DNA of 63,750 nucleotides, the filler included, from Sphacelaria rigidula (Eukaryota), in the NCBI GenBank assembly GCA_964200075.2. It is 11 parts of 11 records of this genome, joined end to end, with 100 filler letters (N's around TTAATTAATTAA, not from the genome) between each part and the next. Parts side by side here need not be neighbours in the genome. Positions count along the whole stretch, not along the records: positions 1 to 5,706 come from CAXNAA020025107.1; positions 5,807 to 11,511 come from CAXNAA020025108.1; positions 11,612 to 17,316 come from CAXNAA020025109.1; 8 more parts are not named here. The stretch is one strand, 5' to 3'. The translations under genes and the position numbers were made by a program. The notes below the pieces were generated by a model. That model was not told the origin of the DNA. It saw only the letters and a program-made list of their open reading frames with translations, and did no database searches. Shown piece after piece: positions 1 through 13,452 of the stretch; position 1 is the first letter of the stretch; every line of letters starts with the position of its first letter.

Positions 1-217
1 CCTTCTGCGGTGCTTGCCTTTATGTTTTATCGTGAGAGGGGTTTACCAGTCCCTTTCCTCGTCGACCGTCAAGTCGAATTTTGTGTACCCACGACATACT
101 CGCTCTCCACTGTTGGGCACTGTGTAAGAAAAAATCTCAGATCACTCCGAGAATTGAACCCACGACCCAACCGTCAGAAGGTTTCGAGGTTACCAACTGA
201 GCCGCCGGGGCGACCGG
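1..217 (-). mobile_element. tRNA-derived SINE, family A (3' end cut by the window start)
   Basis: The minus strand reads CCGGTCGCCCCGGCGGCTCAGTTGG (A-box)...GGGTTCAATTCTC (B-box). The body is colinear over ~200 bp with the copy at 38593-38845. Confidence 0.8.
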
Positions 218-3200
218 GGGGTGAGGGGAATTTCTCCGCAAACTACAAGCATGAAAGTCGAAGTACCATCCAACCGCACCTGCGCGCGCCTCCTGCGGCT
301 TATGTTGACTCGATGATGCGTACTGTATTTTACTGTTTGAAATTTCGCTGTCCTGAGACGACAATGGCGATGGTGGCGGTTTGTGCACAAAAACGCGCTG
401 AAGGAGCACCTACACAGTATACCATGGCGCGGCCTAGCCTCGAGAGTGGAAGTGCTGTACTATTATACTTCGAAGTATGAATGATTTTTCTTTTGTCAGG
501 GTTCACTTGCACGTCATATCTGCTGTCGTCTCTGTTGCGCTTGACTTGCGTTGCATATCTCCGTTTCCTTGCCTTTGCTGGACGGCTGTCATGCGTGCAG
601 CTGTCGTCGTTGTATCTTTGGCGTGGGCTTGCTACAATGTGAGCGTTTGGATCAAGGGATGGATGGCAGCGGTGAGACAAGAGAACTTCACGCGTAGGGG
701 GCCGAACCGTTTGCATGTTCTATGGGCGTTTTTTTATAATACCACCAGACGTCGGAACTTCGTTCTCTACTGCAATTCAAATATGTGTAAACGATGCAAC
801 CATGATAGTCTGTGTGGCGAAGTTTGTTACACGAGAGTCGACGCGGTGTAGGAGTGAGTCATGATACAATCCGCGATACCAAGACCTCGGGCGTGTGCTG
901 TACCGAGGGAGGGATGGGTGAATGAAGCCCCTAAGACGACCAACTTGTCTCGGGGAAGGGGACGAGTTAGATGTGAGACAAGAATAGTCAAAACTCCCCC
1001 CACTTCGACCCTCGAATCGGTCGTTGACGCATGTTAAGGCACTGTGACGTAACTTGTGTCTGACGTGAATCGCTCAGATTTGATTTTAAAGGGGTCGCCA
1101 ACCCAATCATCACTTGAGGGCCTTTCAACTGTTCAACGCGTGCAAAGGGCATCCCATTGTGTGGAACTCCCATCCCCAAGAGTCATCGGTATTCCTTCCT
1201 TCGGAATTTTGACCATGCTCTATATCGGGTTGAGCAAGGAATGCATGGACCAAGTATGCATTGGATTGAAGGTCGCGCTTGGGAAATCCGCCCCGGTATC
1301 AATATCGATGCGCAGGAACACGCATGCCGCATGCCCTTTGCTGACGGATAAAGTTTCCGAGCAAGAGCAGCTCTTGTAGATTTAAGTGCTGTATCACTGC
1401 AGTTGTCTGTGGGACCGCCGGTTTCAGAGTTGACCGGGGGGGCTGCCACCCGAGCTTTTTCGGCCGTGCAATTGGTGCTCCTTTTGAGTTGTCGGTGAAC
1501 GTTTGAGTCGCAGTGCTGCAGTATCGGTGTGCAAAGTCGGCATGCACACGCCAGCAGGATGAAGCATCCGAATCAGTCAGGGAAGCTCAGACGCTTGACC
1601 GCCATATAGTGTCAAGAGACCCAATCATGCGGCTGCGTGTGGATGTGGTATCCCAGGCACGTGCCAAGTCTAGGTCAAGGGTGAAGTCGACCGGGGCCGA
1701 GTCACGGGTCAATTCCCTGTGATCTAGTGATGGCCGGGCCGAGAATCGCAGATGACCTTGTGCAGCCCAGGCTGTAGGCAGAGCTGGCACTTCGTTTTGC
1801 AAACGTGTGCTTGTGCAAAGATGACGTCTCCTCCCCTTATAGCCGCTAAGTTATTTGTCAGTGACGTCGAGGGGGGGGTAGGGGGGGATTAGACATTATT
1901 TGCGTTTCCCCCGCCGCACTTGTCCTGGCGCAGCCACGTTTTTTTCGGTGACTCTACATTATCAGAGCCCATGCGCGAGTAGCTTGCTTCCATGTTTTCT
2001 TGTCCGCCGAGGAGTTTGGAATAGTTGTTTGTAGGGAGACATGACGCCAACGTAGAAATGGTCTTTGCCATGAATATGGCGCGCGTCAGTGATTTTCGTG
2101 CATGAACCGTGGACAGCGGCACTGCCATCTCACAATTTTCAACAGTACGGTACAACAGCCGTCATCGCGCCAACACTAATAGCACATGCGTGTACATGGT
2201 CAACACACAACTGGTGCAGAACAGCTGACCAGCATGGCGTACTTGGTGAGGGTGTCCATGCTGTAGGGAGAGCGTCCGGGTGTGGTAGAGCGTCGTTCGA
2301 TTTCGTTTCTAACGCTTGCAAAAACGAATGCCCGATCCCAGCAGCCAACTGAGTAGTACGAGTATATCAAGGTGGTAGGCGGACACACACACATACACAC
2401 ATAGCACGGAACCCCGGCTGTGAGCTTGCCCCCCCCCTCACACATCCCTGCTGCCCAAGCCGGAGCTGGTGACGTTGAGGGTTGGAGAAGAGAAGGTGAC
2501 CTCGATGGAATTTTGACGTTGAACATGTAGTCAAGGAGGTGTGTCACAGTCGCGCCCGCACGACAGTTCTCTAGGTTGTACTGGATATTGTGCGAAATTG
2601 AGTTTGCGCCCGCACAGCCTACTAGCGACCATCCACCCCGATACTACGGATATCCTCCAAGAACTGGAGGGAGTGTCAAATGTCGAATTCCCGAGACAGA
2701 AGACCGCGGGCGCTCGAAGGGTCAACCTGAACTTCAACGCAGGACTTCCCCCAATGTACGCAGGCCCAAGGCTTGGCAGCTAACACCAGCATGCTCTAGA
2801 CGGCCCTACGGAGATATCGTATCTTTATCTCCAGGGGTGACAAATGCACCAGAGTGATTTGCTTTACTTTCAAGATTCGTGCATTTCGCAGAATGTTGGC
2901 TTCGCTCAACTCTGATTCTCCGTTGTCTGCAGCATCTCGCAGACATGTCACCACAGTTAATCCCCCCACTTGGTCGCTCTTGCCATGTAACAGGGAGACA
3001 TCTCGTGGTTTTTGCTGCTGAATACGGTCGGCAGCGTTGCTCTCGCCAGCGCGTGTGTGCATTCAACGTATCGCGATAGCCAGGTCTACGTGCCGAAAAG
3101 GTGAGGTTTGCCTCGTTATGACCAGCACTTTGCTCGTGTGTTTTTTTGTTGTCCCCCCTGTCCCACAGACAGGTACACAGGCAGATGACCCCGGGCATCA

Positions 3201-4550
3201 TTGCTAGGTCTTCCAATGCACACCCTTTACTAGTCGATATATGAAATATGTTGCTCCTACAGTACGTTGAGGACCAAACATGTACCGACTATATCCACAA
3301 CTCCGATACATCCCATGAATGTTAGCATTCGTCCTATGCTCTACTCGGGGAAGTCCATCGACTCATTTTGTCTGAATGGTACATCCGATGCCAAACGAGT
3401 GCAACATACTTCGACCGTGCAAGATATATCCCACCCGACCTGGGCAGATACACTCAGTACTTGAATACGTCAAACATATCCAGTATATTTTAGCTCCCGG
3501 CAGAAAGGGCTACACAGGTGAACATTCAAGGCTTGAGTACGCAGCCGAGAGGATGGGATGACATGGGAGGTTCACTTGCGCACTTATTGTCTACACGGGC
3601 CCTTTAAACTTGTCCGATGCGTTGGGCGACAATGTTTTGAAATCGACGTTATTGTAGGTATTTTTCTCATCGCGCACTACCATTATGACGAGATTCTCCA
3701 GAACGGGAACGAAAAATTCTCGCTGGTGTTCGGAATTGTAGGAACTAGTACCCCACGAAAGCGCCTTCGAGGGGTGCATTTTTTTGCCATTTCCGATGGT
3801 GTTCGCATGTGTGGGGAATCATATCCCTCGAAGATGCGCTCTAGAGGTACCATTACCATTCGAACATGATCGAAACATTAACACCAACATTTCCCAAGAA
3901 GGCATCGTCCATTCTACACAGTTGCGAGCACCTTCCATTATTTTTTGTTCCCATAAGAAAGCTTCTTCCCCCATTCTCAGAATTCCCTGATCCTACTTGT
4001 TCCTACGTGAACAAACTGCCGGAGAAAAATCAATGGGCCCGAAGGTGACCGTTCCTCGCCCCTCTTCCGGGGGAGGGGAGGGGGCGTGCAAAAAAAAAAC
4101 GATGGTGCTTGTTCACCGTCCGCAGCGCCACGGCATTCGTTGGGGTAAGAAACGACGGCCGCCCACTCGGACGCTTTTTTAAGAGATCGACCTGATTTTT
4201 GCAGTTTTTTCACATTTTTGTCGAGTACTCAGGACCAACACGGTAGGGCTCGATGATCGGACCTAGAATACCCTTCGCCGTCCTTGTGTTTCCTGGCGGA
4301 ATGCCCAGTGTTACACTGCATGGCGTATCGGCCGCACATTCATAATTCGGCGCCCCGTTTACGACGTGGGGAGGTGTGCACGGGAGAATCCATCGCGTCT
4401 GTGGTGGATAGTGGGCAATTAATCGTCGACTTTCTGATTGAGAGCGGACTGTTCTGAAAGAAATCGCAACCAATTATCCCCTAAATCCCCAAATATGAGC
4501 ATTGTTGTCCCTAGAAATCTCAATAACCGTGAATCCGTTTTTTTTTTCTA

Positions 4551-5706
4551 CAGGCTGGTTCACGTTTATCACCCAAAAAACACTCATCGGCAAAACCTCA
4601 CGCCGTTTTAAAGAGTTAAACCCCGAAATTTTGCACGAATGTTCTACATGGGTAATTACGCAGCTTTCGAAGGTCGAAGTTTTTTACTCCTTGATTTTTT
4701 CACCATTTTTCGGGGGTCCCAGTTTTTTGGGCGAAACCTCGATCCAATCGGACCCCCGTAAAACGATAACAAAAAAAATCGTCCATCCAAAGGTTGCGTT
4801 ATGTACTAAAGCACTGTTGTGCAAAATTTCAGGGTCTAACTCCTTAAAGCGGCGTGAAGTTTTTGGTCTTTGTGCGATGAAGTTTGCCGTACCGCGGTGA
4901 AACCGCAAACTACTTGATTTTAGTACTAAAACGGCGTTTTGGGGCCTTCTTTGACGAACATGGAAATTCAAGCATCAGTTGATCGAATTTTGCGACGAAA
5001 ATTCGTGGAGCCCATCCTTGGGTTATGCGGAGGCATATATTTCGCGGAAAAAAAAAAATACCGTAGTGCCGTTTTTCTGGGGTCCCAGAATGGAGCCTAC
5101 TTCAAAAACGACTTCGATCCCGTCGTACCCCCGAAAAACGGTGAAAAATTCAAGAAGTACAAAGAAGATCGTCTGTAGAAAGTTGCGTAATGATACATAA
5201 CATATTTATGCGAAGTTTCAGGATCTAACTCCTCGTGACAGCGTGAAAGTTTGCGCGTTTGTAGAGGACGTGGGCTTGAAACGTGCAACTCCTAACCACT
5301 TGGTTTTAGTATAGAAACGTCTTTTGACGTGAATTTGACGTCAAGGCAAGAAAAAGTGTATGAGGTTTTCGAGTTTCTCTACCAAACTTTGTACATGTGT
5401 TTCTTGGACTCTCCCGGGACGAATCATTTCATTTTTTCCCTTTAGGGCATTCTGTACCGCCTGTAAAGGGTCTTCATGCTGGGACCCCCGGAAGCCGGTA
5501 GAGAACGGAGAAAACATTATATATTGTCAAGGATATTTTTTTCCCATTTTGAGCACCGATACCTCCGGAACTGCCGAGTTTGAGAGCGATCTGAACTTTT
5601 TTACAACAGATGCAGGGGGACACCGTCACGAAGCTCCCTGGGTCTTTCGTGCGTATCATTAGTGGAAATTAGACGACGCCAGCACCCGAAATCACCGAAA
5701 CATCAC
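4551..5706. mobile_element. Non-autonomous TIR element, probably Tc1/mariner-type, truncated by the scaffold end
   Basis: Starts TA|CAGGCTGGTTCACGTTTATCACCCAAAA, which matches (one mismatch) the reverse complement of the end of the homologous copy at 20997-21024|TA. Colinear with 19506-~20675. A ~90-bp internal unit occurs three times (~4590-4670, inverted at ~4790-4865 and ~5180-5252). Confidence 0.75.
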
Positions 5707-5806
5707 NNNNNNNNNNNNNNNNNNNNNNNNNNNNNNNNNNNNNNNNNNNNTTAATTAATTAANNNNNNNNNNNNNNNNNNNNNNNNNNNNNNNNNNNNNN
5801 NNNNNN
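5707..5806. other. Artificial scaffold spacer (first of 10)
   Basis: N44-TTAATTAATTAA-N44, a six-frame stop linker. Identical spacers occur at 11512, 17317, 23122, 28927, 34731, 40535, 46339, 52143 and 57947. The intervening pieces are 5705 then 5704 bp. Confidence 0.98.
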
Positions 5807-5975
5807 CGTTCTCCCAGATCCAGTTGTACAGCATGATCATCATTGTAATCATTCCTTCTCCCCCGTACTTTCGAAATCCATTCACTATCCCGTCTGCCCC
5901 TCCTGCTTTTCTGTTCTTGAGTATAGCTACGCACTCCTTTACTTCATCTCCAGTAAACTCTCTCTGTTTACAGGG
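5807..5975 (-). pseudogene. LINE ORF2 fragment, region just N-terminal to reverse transcriptase
   Basis: EFTGDEVKECVAILKNRKAGGADGIVNGFRKYGGEGMITMMIMLYNWIWE fits the LINE pattern EV...I..LK..KA.G.DGI..E..K.GG......L.N..W. Confidence 0.85.
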
Positions 5976-8651
5976 GAGGAATTTCATCTTTGATATGAAG
6001 GATGTACGATGTTTTCGAATATTTTTCGCATTTTTGCATGAAATACAACGGACGACTTATTTCTGCGACTATTTCCTCCCGCACGCGTGCTCTGCCCCCG
6101 GTGCTGCGAGCCAATCTTTATGGCGAGGCAACTGCTTTCGAACCCAGGCGGATGTGCACAAAAATGACGGAGCCCGAACCGCGACACCGCAAGAACCAAA
6201 CCGAAATAGCGACCGCGGCCTGGGCGACGACAACGCAACCGTTTGGGAAACTAAGCAGAAGTCAGGGCGCAGGGACCAAGCACGCTTTGGCATTTAGGTT
6301 TTTATTTGATTTCTTTGGGTGTGTGGATTTGATTCGGAATATTTTTGTTTTGAAGTTTGCAGCAACGTGACATGCCAACCATGTGAAACGTACTGTGGTT
6401 CCACTTTTTTGTTTGTTTGTTTTAATTTTTGTTCCCACGAAGTACTACCGTAGTTTGATTGCGATTTTTTTTACTTGATCCTTCACATTATTGCAATGAT
6501 TTTGAAATTATCGAGAAAAAAAATAATGGGGGGGGATTTGACTCTTTGCTACCATGATTCTCTTTTCGGGTAATTACAAACGAAGGAAACTCATGTGATG
6601 GGGTTATACACAGCGGATTATATGGGAGAAAAATCATGTGATGGAGTGATCCACGGCGGTGTATTTTGGACAATTTGATTCGTCGGTTATGGATTTCGAG
6701 AGGGAATTTGATATTTTGCGATCCGCGCTAAAACGCTTTTGACAAAATGATTCGCCGATTCTGGATTTTAGGTTGGAAATTTTCAACTGCGGAAAGAACA
6801 TAGCGTGGATTCAACCTTGAGTATATTTCCGCTAGTGTAACGGTCTTTAGTCTTGGGTGTCACTAAACATTTGACTATCCACCCGCCGCTCAACATGCGG
6901 GACTGACTTTGCACCAGGATACTCGCGAGAGTTGACTCTGGGGTCATTGATGTTATGTTTTCATGTAGCACCTGGAAGCAATACTCCCTACGCATCAGTA
7001 TGTAATATCGAATGGGGGGGGGGCGTCGTAATACGGAGCAATTTATGTCATGTTCTCTCCAGGATGTGGCGTTTATTCAAGGAGTAATATCCGTCCTTAT
7101 ATATTTGGAGTGTTTGTACTGTTTATGCAGAGTATCTCCTAATTTGACTTCTTTGCATGCACTTGGACTTTGGTGTACAGGGATTGATTGCTTTGTGAAA
7201 GAGAAAATATTCTAAGAGTGGGACGATGAGTTTGACGATTTCGGGAATTTATCGGGCCGGATGACGAGCGAAATTTGCATCAAAGATCAGTAATTCGAAA
7301 TGAAGTGGATTGATCAACCGCTATTTTTGGTTACAATATTTTTAGTGCTTACAGAGTTTGTTTTTTTGTTCTGAGTTTCTCCCTGATAGGATATAAGCAG
7401 TACAAGTCGTTGTGAAATGAACGAGTGTACTGGTACACTAATTTTCTCTGGGTATTCTAGGGTCTATGAAGTGAACGAGGTTCGGAAGAGATGTTTTTCT
7501 TGTTCTGACATGAAGGGATCCAAGCTTGCAAGTGTGCACTGATGTGGGTTATATCAACTATTATTCTAGGCAGTTGATAGATGGTCGACATCAGGGAGGC
7601 TAATGATGTTTTGAAATTGACTGTGTCTTGTTTTTCTAGGATACAGAGTGGTACAAACAGAAGCAGGTCTTGTGTTTTTATGTTGGGACATATAGGAAAT
7701 CTACATATTTTTGTATTCGAGCATACCTCTAGTTTTAGTGTTTTGATTTGAATTTCAATTCCGCTCTCGAACTCGAGGATAAGTGGTGAACACGCCACTA
7801 CTGCAAGTTTCATTTTGCAGTGTTTATTTTGCGTATTATTTCGAAGAGTTATTGTTTCGTTCAGTGAAATGATAATGATATCACGGATAATTTTTTTATT
7901 GAACATGGGTGCAGGGCTACCATGCAATCTGCACTGCACATGTTAGCTGTAGACACTTGCCTGATGTAGACCGTGTTGTAGACGGTATGTTGAATCGGAT
8001 TTCACATAGACAACGGCATCTTGTTACCATGAGAATAGTACGTTTTTGACAGATTCGAGTATCGGAAGATTGCATGTGTTTCTCGAATGTCATCATGGTA
8101 ACTGAGGAGTACGAAAAGGGTGTCCACTGTGCATTCATCTGTGATTTTTGGTTGTTCCAAGATTTGGGAACTGGTGGTGATTGAGATTGATATACATATA
8201 TCTTTTTTTGTTTTGCGCTGACTGACGCAAATAATTGTTGAAATGGAGCATGGATAGATTACGAAGAACTAATTATATTCAGGATTTGAGCTTTCGATTG
8301 CCAAAGTAGACGAGTTTGCGACGTCTGTGCATGGCTGGAAAGGTTTCTTCCTGACGGGATCGGGCTTTCTTTTTCAGTTGGTAATATAGTGTTGGGTTCA
8401 TGTTTGAAAGAACATGGAATATTTTTCCCGTTTTAGAATGAGGCACTATGTGTTCAGGATAAAGTATCAGTCCTAGAGCCGTAATCAGGGAGGCTAATCG
8501 ATTATACTTACGCTCCCAGGATTGTAACTGTACATCTGCCTGGATACAAGGGAAATTGATACTAAGATTGGATCATGGCATACAGGGGAAGTGCGAATAA
8601 GACATTAGTTCTGTTACTTGAGGGATACCCGATGTAGTGCTCGCAGACTGC

Positions 8652-8888
8652 TGCCGAGATAGCCCCCCCCCGAACCGGCCAAAAAAGTGCATGGAGGCGA
8701 TGATTATAAATGCCAGTAGAGCTGGTTTCGTGCTGCACGACGCGACTTATTTGGGCGTTAAAGCTGATTTCAGACTGCTACACGCCGCTTATGCGGGCCA
8801 GATTGCTGTAAACGAGCCCAATAGGAGGATCGCAGCCGGTTTGACGGACGGTCTACGGTGCACTTATTGTGGGGGGGCTATCTCGGTA
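8652..8888. mobile_element. MITE, ~237 bp (copy 1)
   Basis: TIRs TGCCGAGATAGCCCCCCC...GGGGGGGCTATCTCGGTA. Full-length homologue at 45542-45779. Confidence 0.85.
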
Positions 8889-9054
8889 TGGGTGTGCAGT
8901 ACATATCTACTGGGGGCACACGCTTTCTCGCGTGGCGAAAAGATGGAATTATGACGTGTGATTTTGTATGAGCGATTTCCCGACCCACTTCGTTCAGGGT
9001 GCGGTGTGCGAGCGGTGAGTGTGTTTTGCGGTGTGTGTGAGCGCACACATGGGG

Positions 9055-9900
9055 TTTTTACATTTTACATGGAGAGTATAATATACACTTTTCTACTGGG
9101 TAATTAATACATCAATGGAGGTCCCACGACCCCTTTCAAACATGGACCATTGCGCCGAGCACGTAATGCAGCCTTCACATGAAAGCTTCCTCCAGAGTTC
9201 TCTTACAGAATTTGCATTATATGCCACACTCTATACGTGTTCTCGTGCCTCAGAGGCCATACTTTGCTGCATGTCAAGAGTTGCAGCCTGTCGGATCAGT
9301 CTGGTTTTTACATCTTTCTTGCTGTCTGCAATACCCTGGTCGAATCGGCATCGTCTTCCACCATATATATCCTCTTGAGGAGCTTTCCTTGTTGTGCTAA
9401 CACTGTCCATTCACCGAAGTGAGTCCTCTGCCTGATAGTACGTGCAATCGAGCTCGACGGGTCAGTCCAAGACAGCCTGCCTTATCGCAAACCCCACCCC
9501 ATGCACCCCCTTCTTATTCTTTGTCCCAGCACACGCTCCACTGCTCATCACCACGTACCCCATGTGGGAGGTTGAGCCTTGTCTCTCTGGTCTTTTGGAA
9601 TCAATCCAATGGCATCACAGCCGATCTAGGAACATATCTGGGCGACGGTTGTGACGTTGTCGGTCATGGAGACGTTGAAGGTGCCCACAGTCAACTCGCC
9701 CACCCGTGGCTTCGCCCTGATGCTCGCTCATCTTTTTCGGTCCGCCACTCGTAAGGGTCGATTTATTCTTCGTTTCTCTCGAGCCGCTGTTTTCCTTCTT
9801 TCTATCCAATTCCAGCCTAGCCCGGTTTGTGCCTTGGTCCCAAAGAGCGGGGTATAGCACTACCCACCTAAATCGGCGTTTACCTCCTCGCCGTCGGCGC
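9055..9900 (-). mobile_element. Internally deleted RTE-like LINE (APE endonuclease N-terminus joined to the 3' end)
   Basis: The minus strand gives VGTFNV...IGCDAIGL (9686-9604) and GYVVMSSG...KG.HGVGFAI (~9560-9480), typical of an APE N-terminus. It ends in an ATGTAAAATGTAAAA tail at ~9055-9070. The 5' boundary is approximate. Confidence 0.65.
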
Positions 9901-10619
9901 TGGTGCTTTCTACTGTAGAGTTTCTTTACCCCTCCAATTCTCAGGCTACGGATACCACGCTGTCCGCGACGTGATTCGGTGCAGCTGCCGCAGGCAACTC
10001 TGCCGCAGGGACGTGTGGGTCCACTGCATCATGCGTCGCACCCTCCGTCTGCACAGCCTCGCCAGTGCGCTGGCGAACTGCGACTCCACACACCCCTCCA
10101 ACTCTGTTGTTGCCTGATGCGCCTGCTAGGTGGGGGCTCACTCGATCGGGCTCGGTACCGGAATGGAAGCAGGCGGGAGAGGTATACACGGGGTGGCCAC
10201 TGGTACACGTTATGGGCACTTTGAAGCTGAACCTAAAATAGGTTATGTTGCGTTTTCGAGTTTTGGAAAACGTGTGTATAGCGTGAATTAAATTAATCGC
10301 ACGCGCTGTCACTTTGTGTAACCCCAGCAAACCCGCCTATAGGCTGGGATATGTGTTTTGCGAACCCGTTTATGCTGTACGCATGCTGTTTGACTTGTCC
10401 ATAGCCTACGGACGTTCCAAAATGTGGATAACGTGCCGTAACGTGTGCCAGCGGCTATCCGTGTAGTGTAACGGCGGGAATGCTGTTCCATACCTCAACT
10501 GTCGGGTGTTCGACTCTGTTTTCGCTTTTGGCGCATTTGAATGACAATTTCGCGAGAGTGAGAGTGTAGCTCATGAATAAGGTTGAACTTTTTAGTCGTT
10601 TAACACGGGATTTTATAGA

Positions 10620-11120
10620 TTGGGGATGGATCTTTTATTGAGGATGGAAATCTGGAGAACTAAAATCTTCGTATCCACACCAAATCTTTGAAATATAGTT
10701 CCACTCCTTCACCTACTGGTAGCTATTGACAACGACTACACGCCATACAAATTTGGACAAATCCACAAAATTAAAAACGGTTCTGAAAACCTGAGGGAGG
10801 ACGGCTTCCCTGACCCCCAGACAGGCATCGATAAACGAGGGAAGATTACAGGCGGATACAACACACAACATGGAGGCCCGGAGAAGTTTAGTTTCTTTCC
10901 ATCAAAATCTATGTTTTCCAAGCTGCAAAGTGTTCCACGCGCATTGTTTTCTAATACGAACGGTAACTTGTCGAATTATGTTTCGTTGTTCTAGCCCGCC
11001 TGCCTGATGCTGATCCCGGAAAAGTTTCAGATTGCTGTTCCATGGTTTCTTCGAATGTTCAAGTGGACCCGAAGCGGCCACCTTCCCTCAGGTTTTCAGA
11101 ACCGTTTTAATTTTGTGGAC
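10620..11120. mobile_element. Foldback/TIR element remnant related to the 35157-35599 MITE
   Basis: 10633-10755 aligns with 35187-35310. There is an internal inverted pair TCCACAAAATTAAAAACGGTTCTGAAAACCTGAGGGA (10763-10799) and TCCCTCAGGTTTTCAGAACCGTTTTAATTTTGTGGA (11084-11119). Confidence 0.65.
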
Positions 11121-13384
11121 GCAGATAAAACAAATCAAACTCTATCGCTTTCACAGATGTTGCGACTTCGGTGTTGTTTTCGTGACGAGCTCTGGGCAGC
11201 CGGGAGGACGCGCGGTAGAGGGAGGAAAGGTAGCAATGATCCGGTTTGACTGCCGTACTGCCGCGTCGTGTGAAAGCCACAAGACCCTTGCTGTCGGCGG
11301 TTGATGGCGTGGGTCTCGAATGAAACGACATGCGCTTGATTGTAGATAACTCTCGTCTATCCTCCCAACTTGCGATAGCCCATGACCTCCGACATCGGAA
11401 TTATCACTAATTATGGGAACCTACTCGTCCAGAACTACTAACAAACAGCCGATTTTCGAAAATGGGGTTGAAAAAAAAAATGAGGTTCAACTCAAAAGCC
11501 GTGCTTTCCCTNNNNNNNNNNNNNNNNNNNNNNNNNNNNNNNNNNNNNNNNNNNNTTAATTAATTAANNNNNNNNNNNNNNNNNNNNNNNNNNNNNNNNN
11601 NNNNNNNNNNNCCCAACCCCACGCCTTCCCGATCTAGGGGCAAAGAGGAAAAAAAAACCCCCCCCCCCCCCCCAACTGGCGTCTCGCACGCTCTTGTCGT
11701 TGGGCACCCAGAGGGTCGCTCACATACATGTCGGGTAAAATCAACGATGAAAAAACACCCCCTCCCCCAAGTTCAAGTTGGATATATCTGTTGTTTTCGC
11801 CGCACCACCGCCCTTGCTGGCATGTGTGTGACGGAGAATAGTAGTAGCGGTGACGGGAAGATTGCCCTATTTTTCAACGACACGGTTTCCAGCGCACAGA
11901 GCCGCACCCTGTCCAAAAAGAGAGGCAGAGAGAAATCGATCTTCGCATTGGTGAGCTCCACAGGCAAGGAGAAACGAAATATGTCCCCACATCGATGTTC
12001 TGGCACATGGAAAATTGGGTACGTGCTGGTAACATCGATTATGCCAGTCTCTCGAGCGATTGGCATTCGCCGAGCGAGGACACACAGAGGACACGGGCGA
12101 GGAGCTTCCTCGCTGTCGTTGCTTGTCTCTCTGGTGATATCGTCATCGACACGCGTGCACACCGCATTCGTTAGGTGCACCTAGCCACAGNNNNNNNNNN
12201 AGCCACAGCTGCTTAACTGCTGCGGACATTTGGGGCGGGAAGATGGCTTCTCTCGGTTGTGAGTGTTTCGCGTCATCCCTGCAAAAAAGAAATGCCACTT
12301 CAACCTCATTTTTGAGATGGACCCCATTTTTCAGTATCCGCTGTTTACAGATGATTCGATTTTCTTGGAATGTCGAGGGAATACAAATATCTTGAGGTTC
12401 CCAATGTGATGAGCGGTGGCAAGCGGATAGAGCCGAAGAATATTGCCACACACGAAAAAATCCCAAAATGCCAAAAAGCTGAATAGTTAGACCAACTTGT
12501 TTGGCAGCCAACCCCGAATCTGGCGGGACCCGAATCTGTGTCAAATCGGGGGGATCCAGATTCTCGAAACTCAGATTCGTGTTTACCTCTGTATGGCTTC
12601 ACATATTTGTTGAGGTTGTTCTGTACATGAACGGTCATTTTCTGGGCGGGTGTGGTATCACAGTGAAGCCGGAGAATAGGCATGGAGGGAATCATCCCTC
12701 AAGAGCAGCGTCGTACAGTATTAGCCTAGGGTATGATGCAGTGCAGTACATGCCACAATCACAGTGAACGATAATGCCGTGTAGTAATACTGTCGCAGAA
12801 GCAAATTATGCATTGGTTAGGTGTGGAAGGTAGCCTCTAGATGGGTTGCATCGGGTACGCAAGGCATCCTGGTACCCCGTATTACAGTGTAAAAACGCAA
12901 TACGAACTCGCTACTTCACACCAAGATCGTGCATACCTTTTGCTTCTTGAGTCGATCAGCTTGCAGAAGATCGGCACGCAATGAGCATTGCGTATAGCAT
13001 GTGGGTTATTCCTGGTGAAGGGTGGGTGATGTCTCATTCAACAGTCAGCAATGGCGCAGTGCACTTCAGTTGTCGTGAGACGATATGACGTATTTGCCCT
13101 CGGATTGCATTGGTTTTCGGTCTCTTTCTTTCTCTGACCTCGTGTGCGCTTGCGGGAGGTAGCGTCTTTATGTTTTATAAATCGTCATTGGGCTGAAGAA
13201 TGGTTCGGCAGACCCGCAATCGCATCACCCTATAGCCTTCTATTCAGGGTCATCATCCACCCTGTAACATCCCCCCTCAATAGATTTGCCAGGTGTTTAC
13301 CAGGTATAACCTATCGAGTTGGCATGAAAGGGGTAACTCCATACACACTCCTCTATGGCTTTCCATATAGAAAGTACAGGATAG

Positions 13385-13452
13385 AGGCTCGTTTCGGCTG
13401 CACCTGGATTCGGCTGCTATCAGTTTCGGCTGCTAGCCGTTTCGGCTGCACT
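13385..13452. repeat. Four spaced TTCGGCTGC motifs
   Basis: TTTCGGCTGCAC, ATTCGGCTGCTA, TTTCGGCTGCTA and TTTCGGCTGCAC at ~15-17 bp spacing. Resembles transposon subterminal motifs. Confidence 0.6.

Noticed and set aside
1100..1380. Minus-strand CSCSETLSVSKGHAACV as a SWIM finger of a MULE transposase
   Set aside because: It lacks the third Cys and other supporting motifs, so it is too weak to call.
11747..12184. Overlapping 135-aa and 145-aa ORFs on opposite strands
   Set aside because: No domain motifs or splice support were found.
12183..12208. AGCCACAG direct repeat around a 10-N gap, resembling a TSD
   Set aside because: Most likely an unmerged contig overlap.
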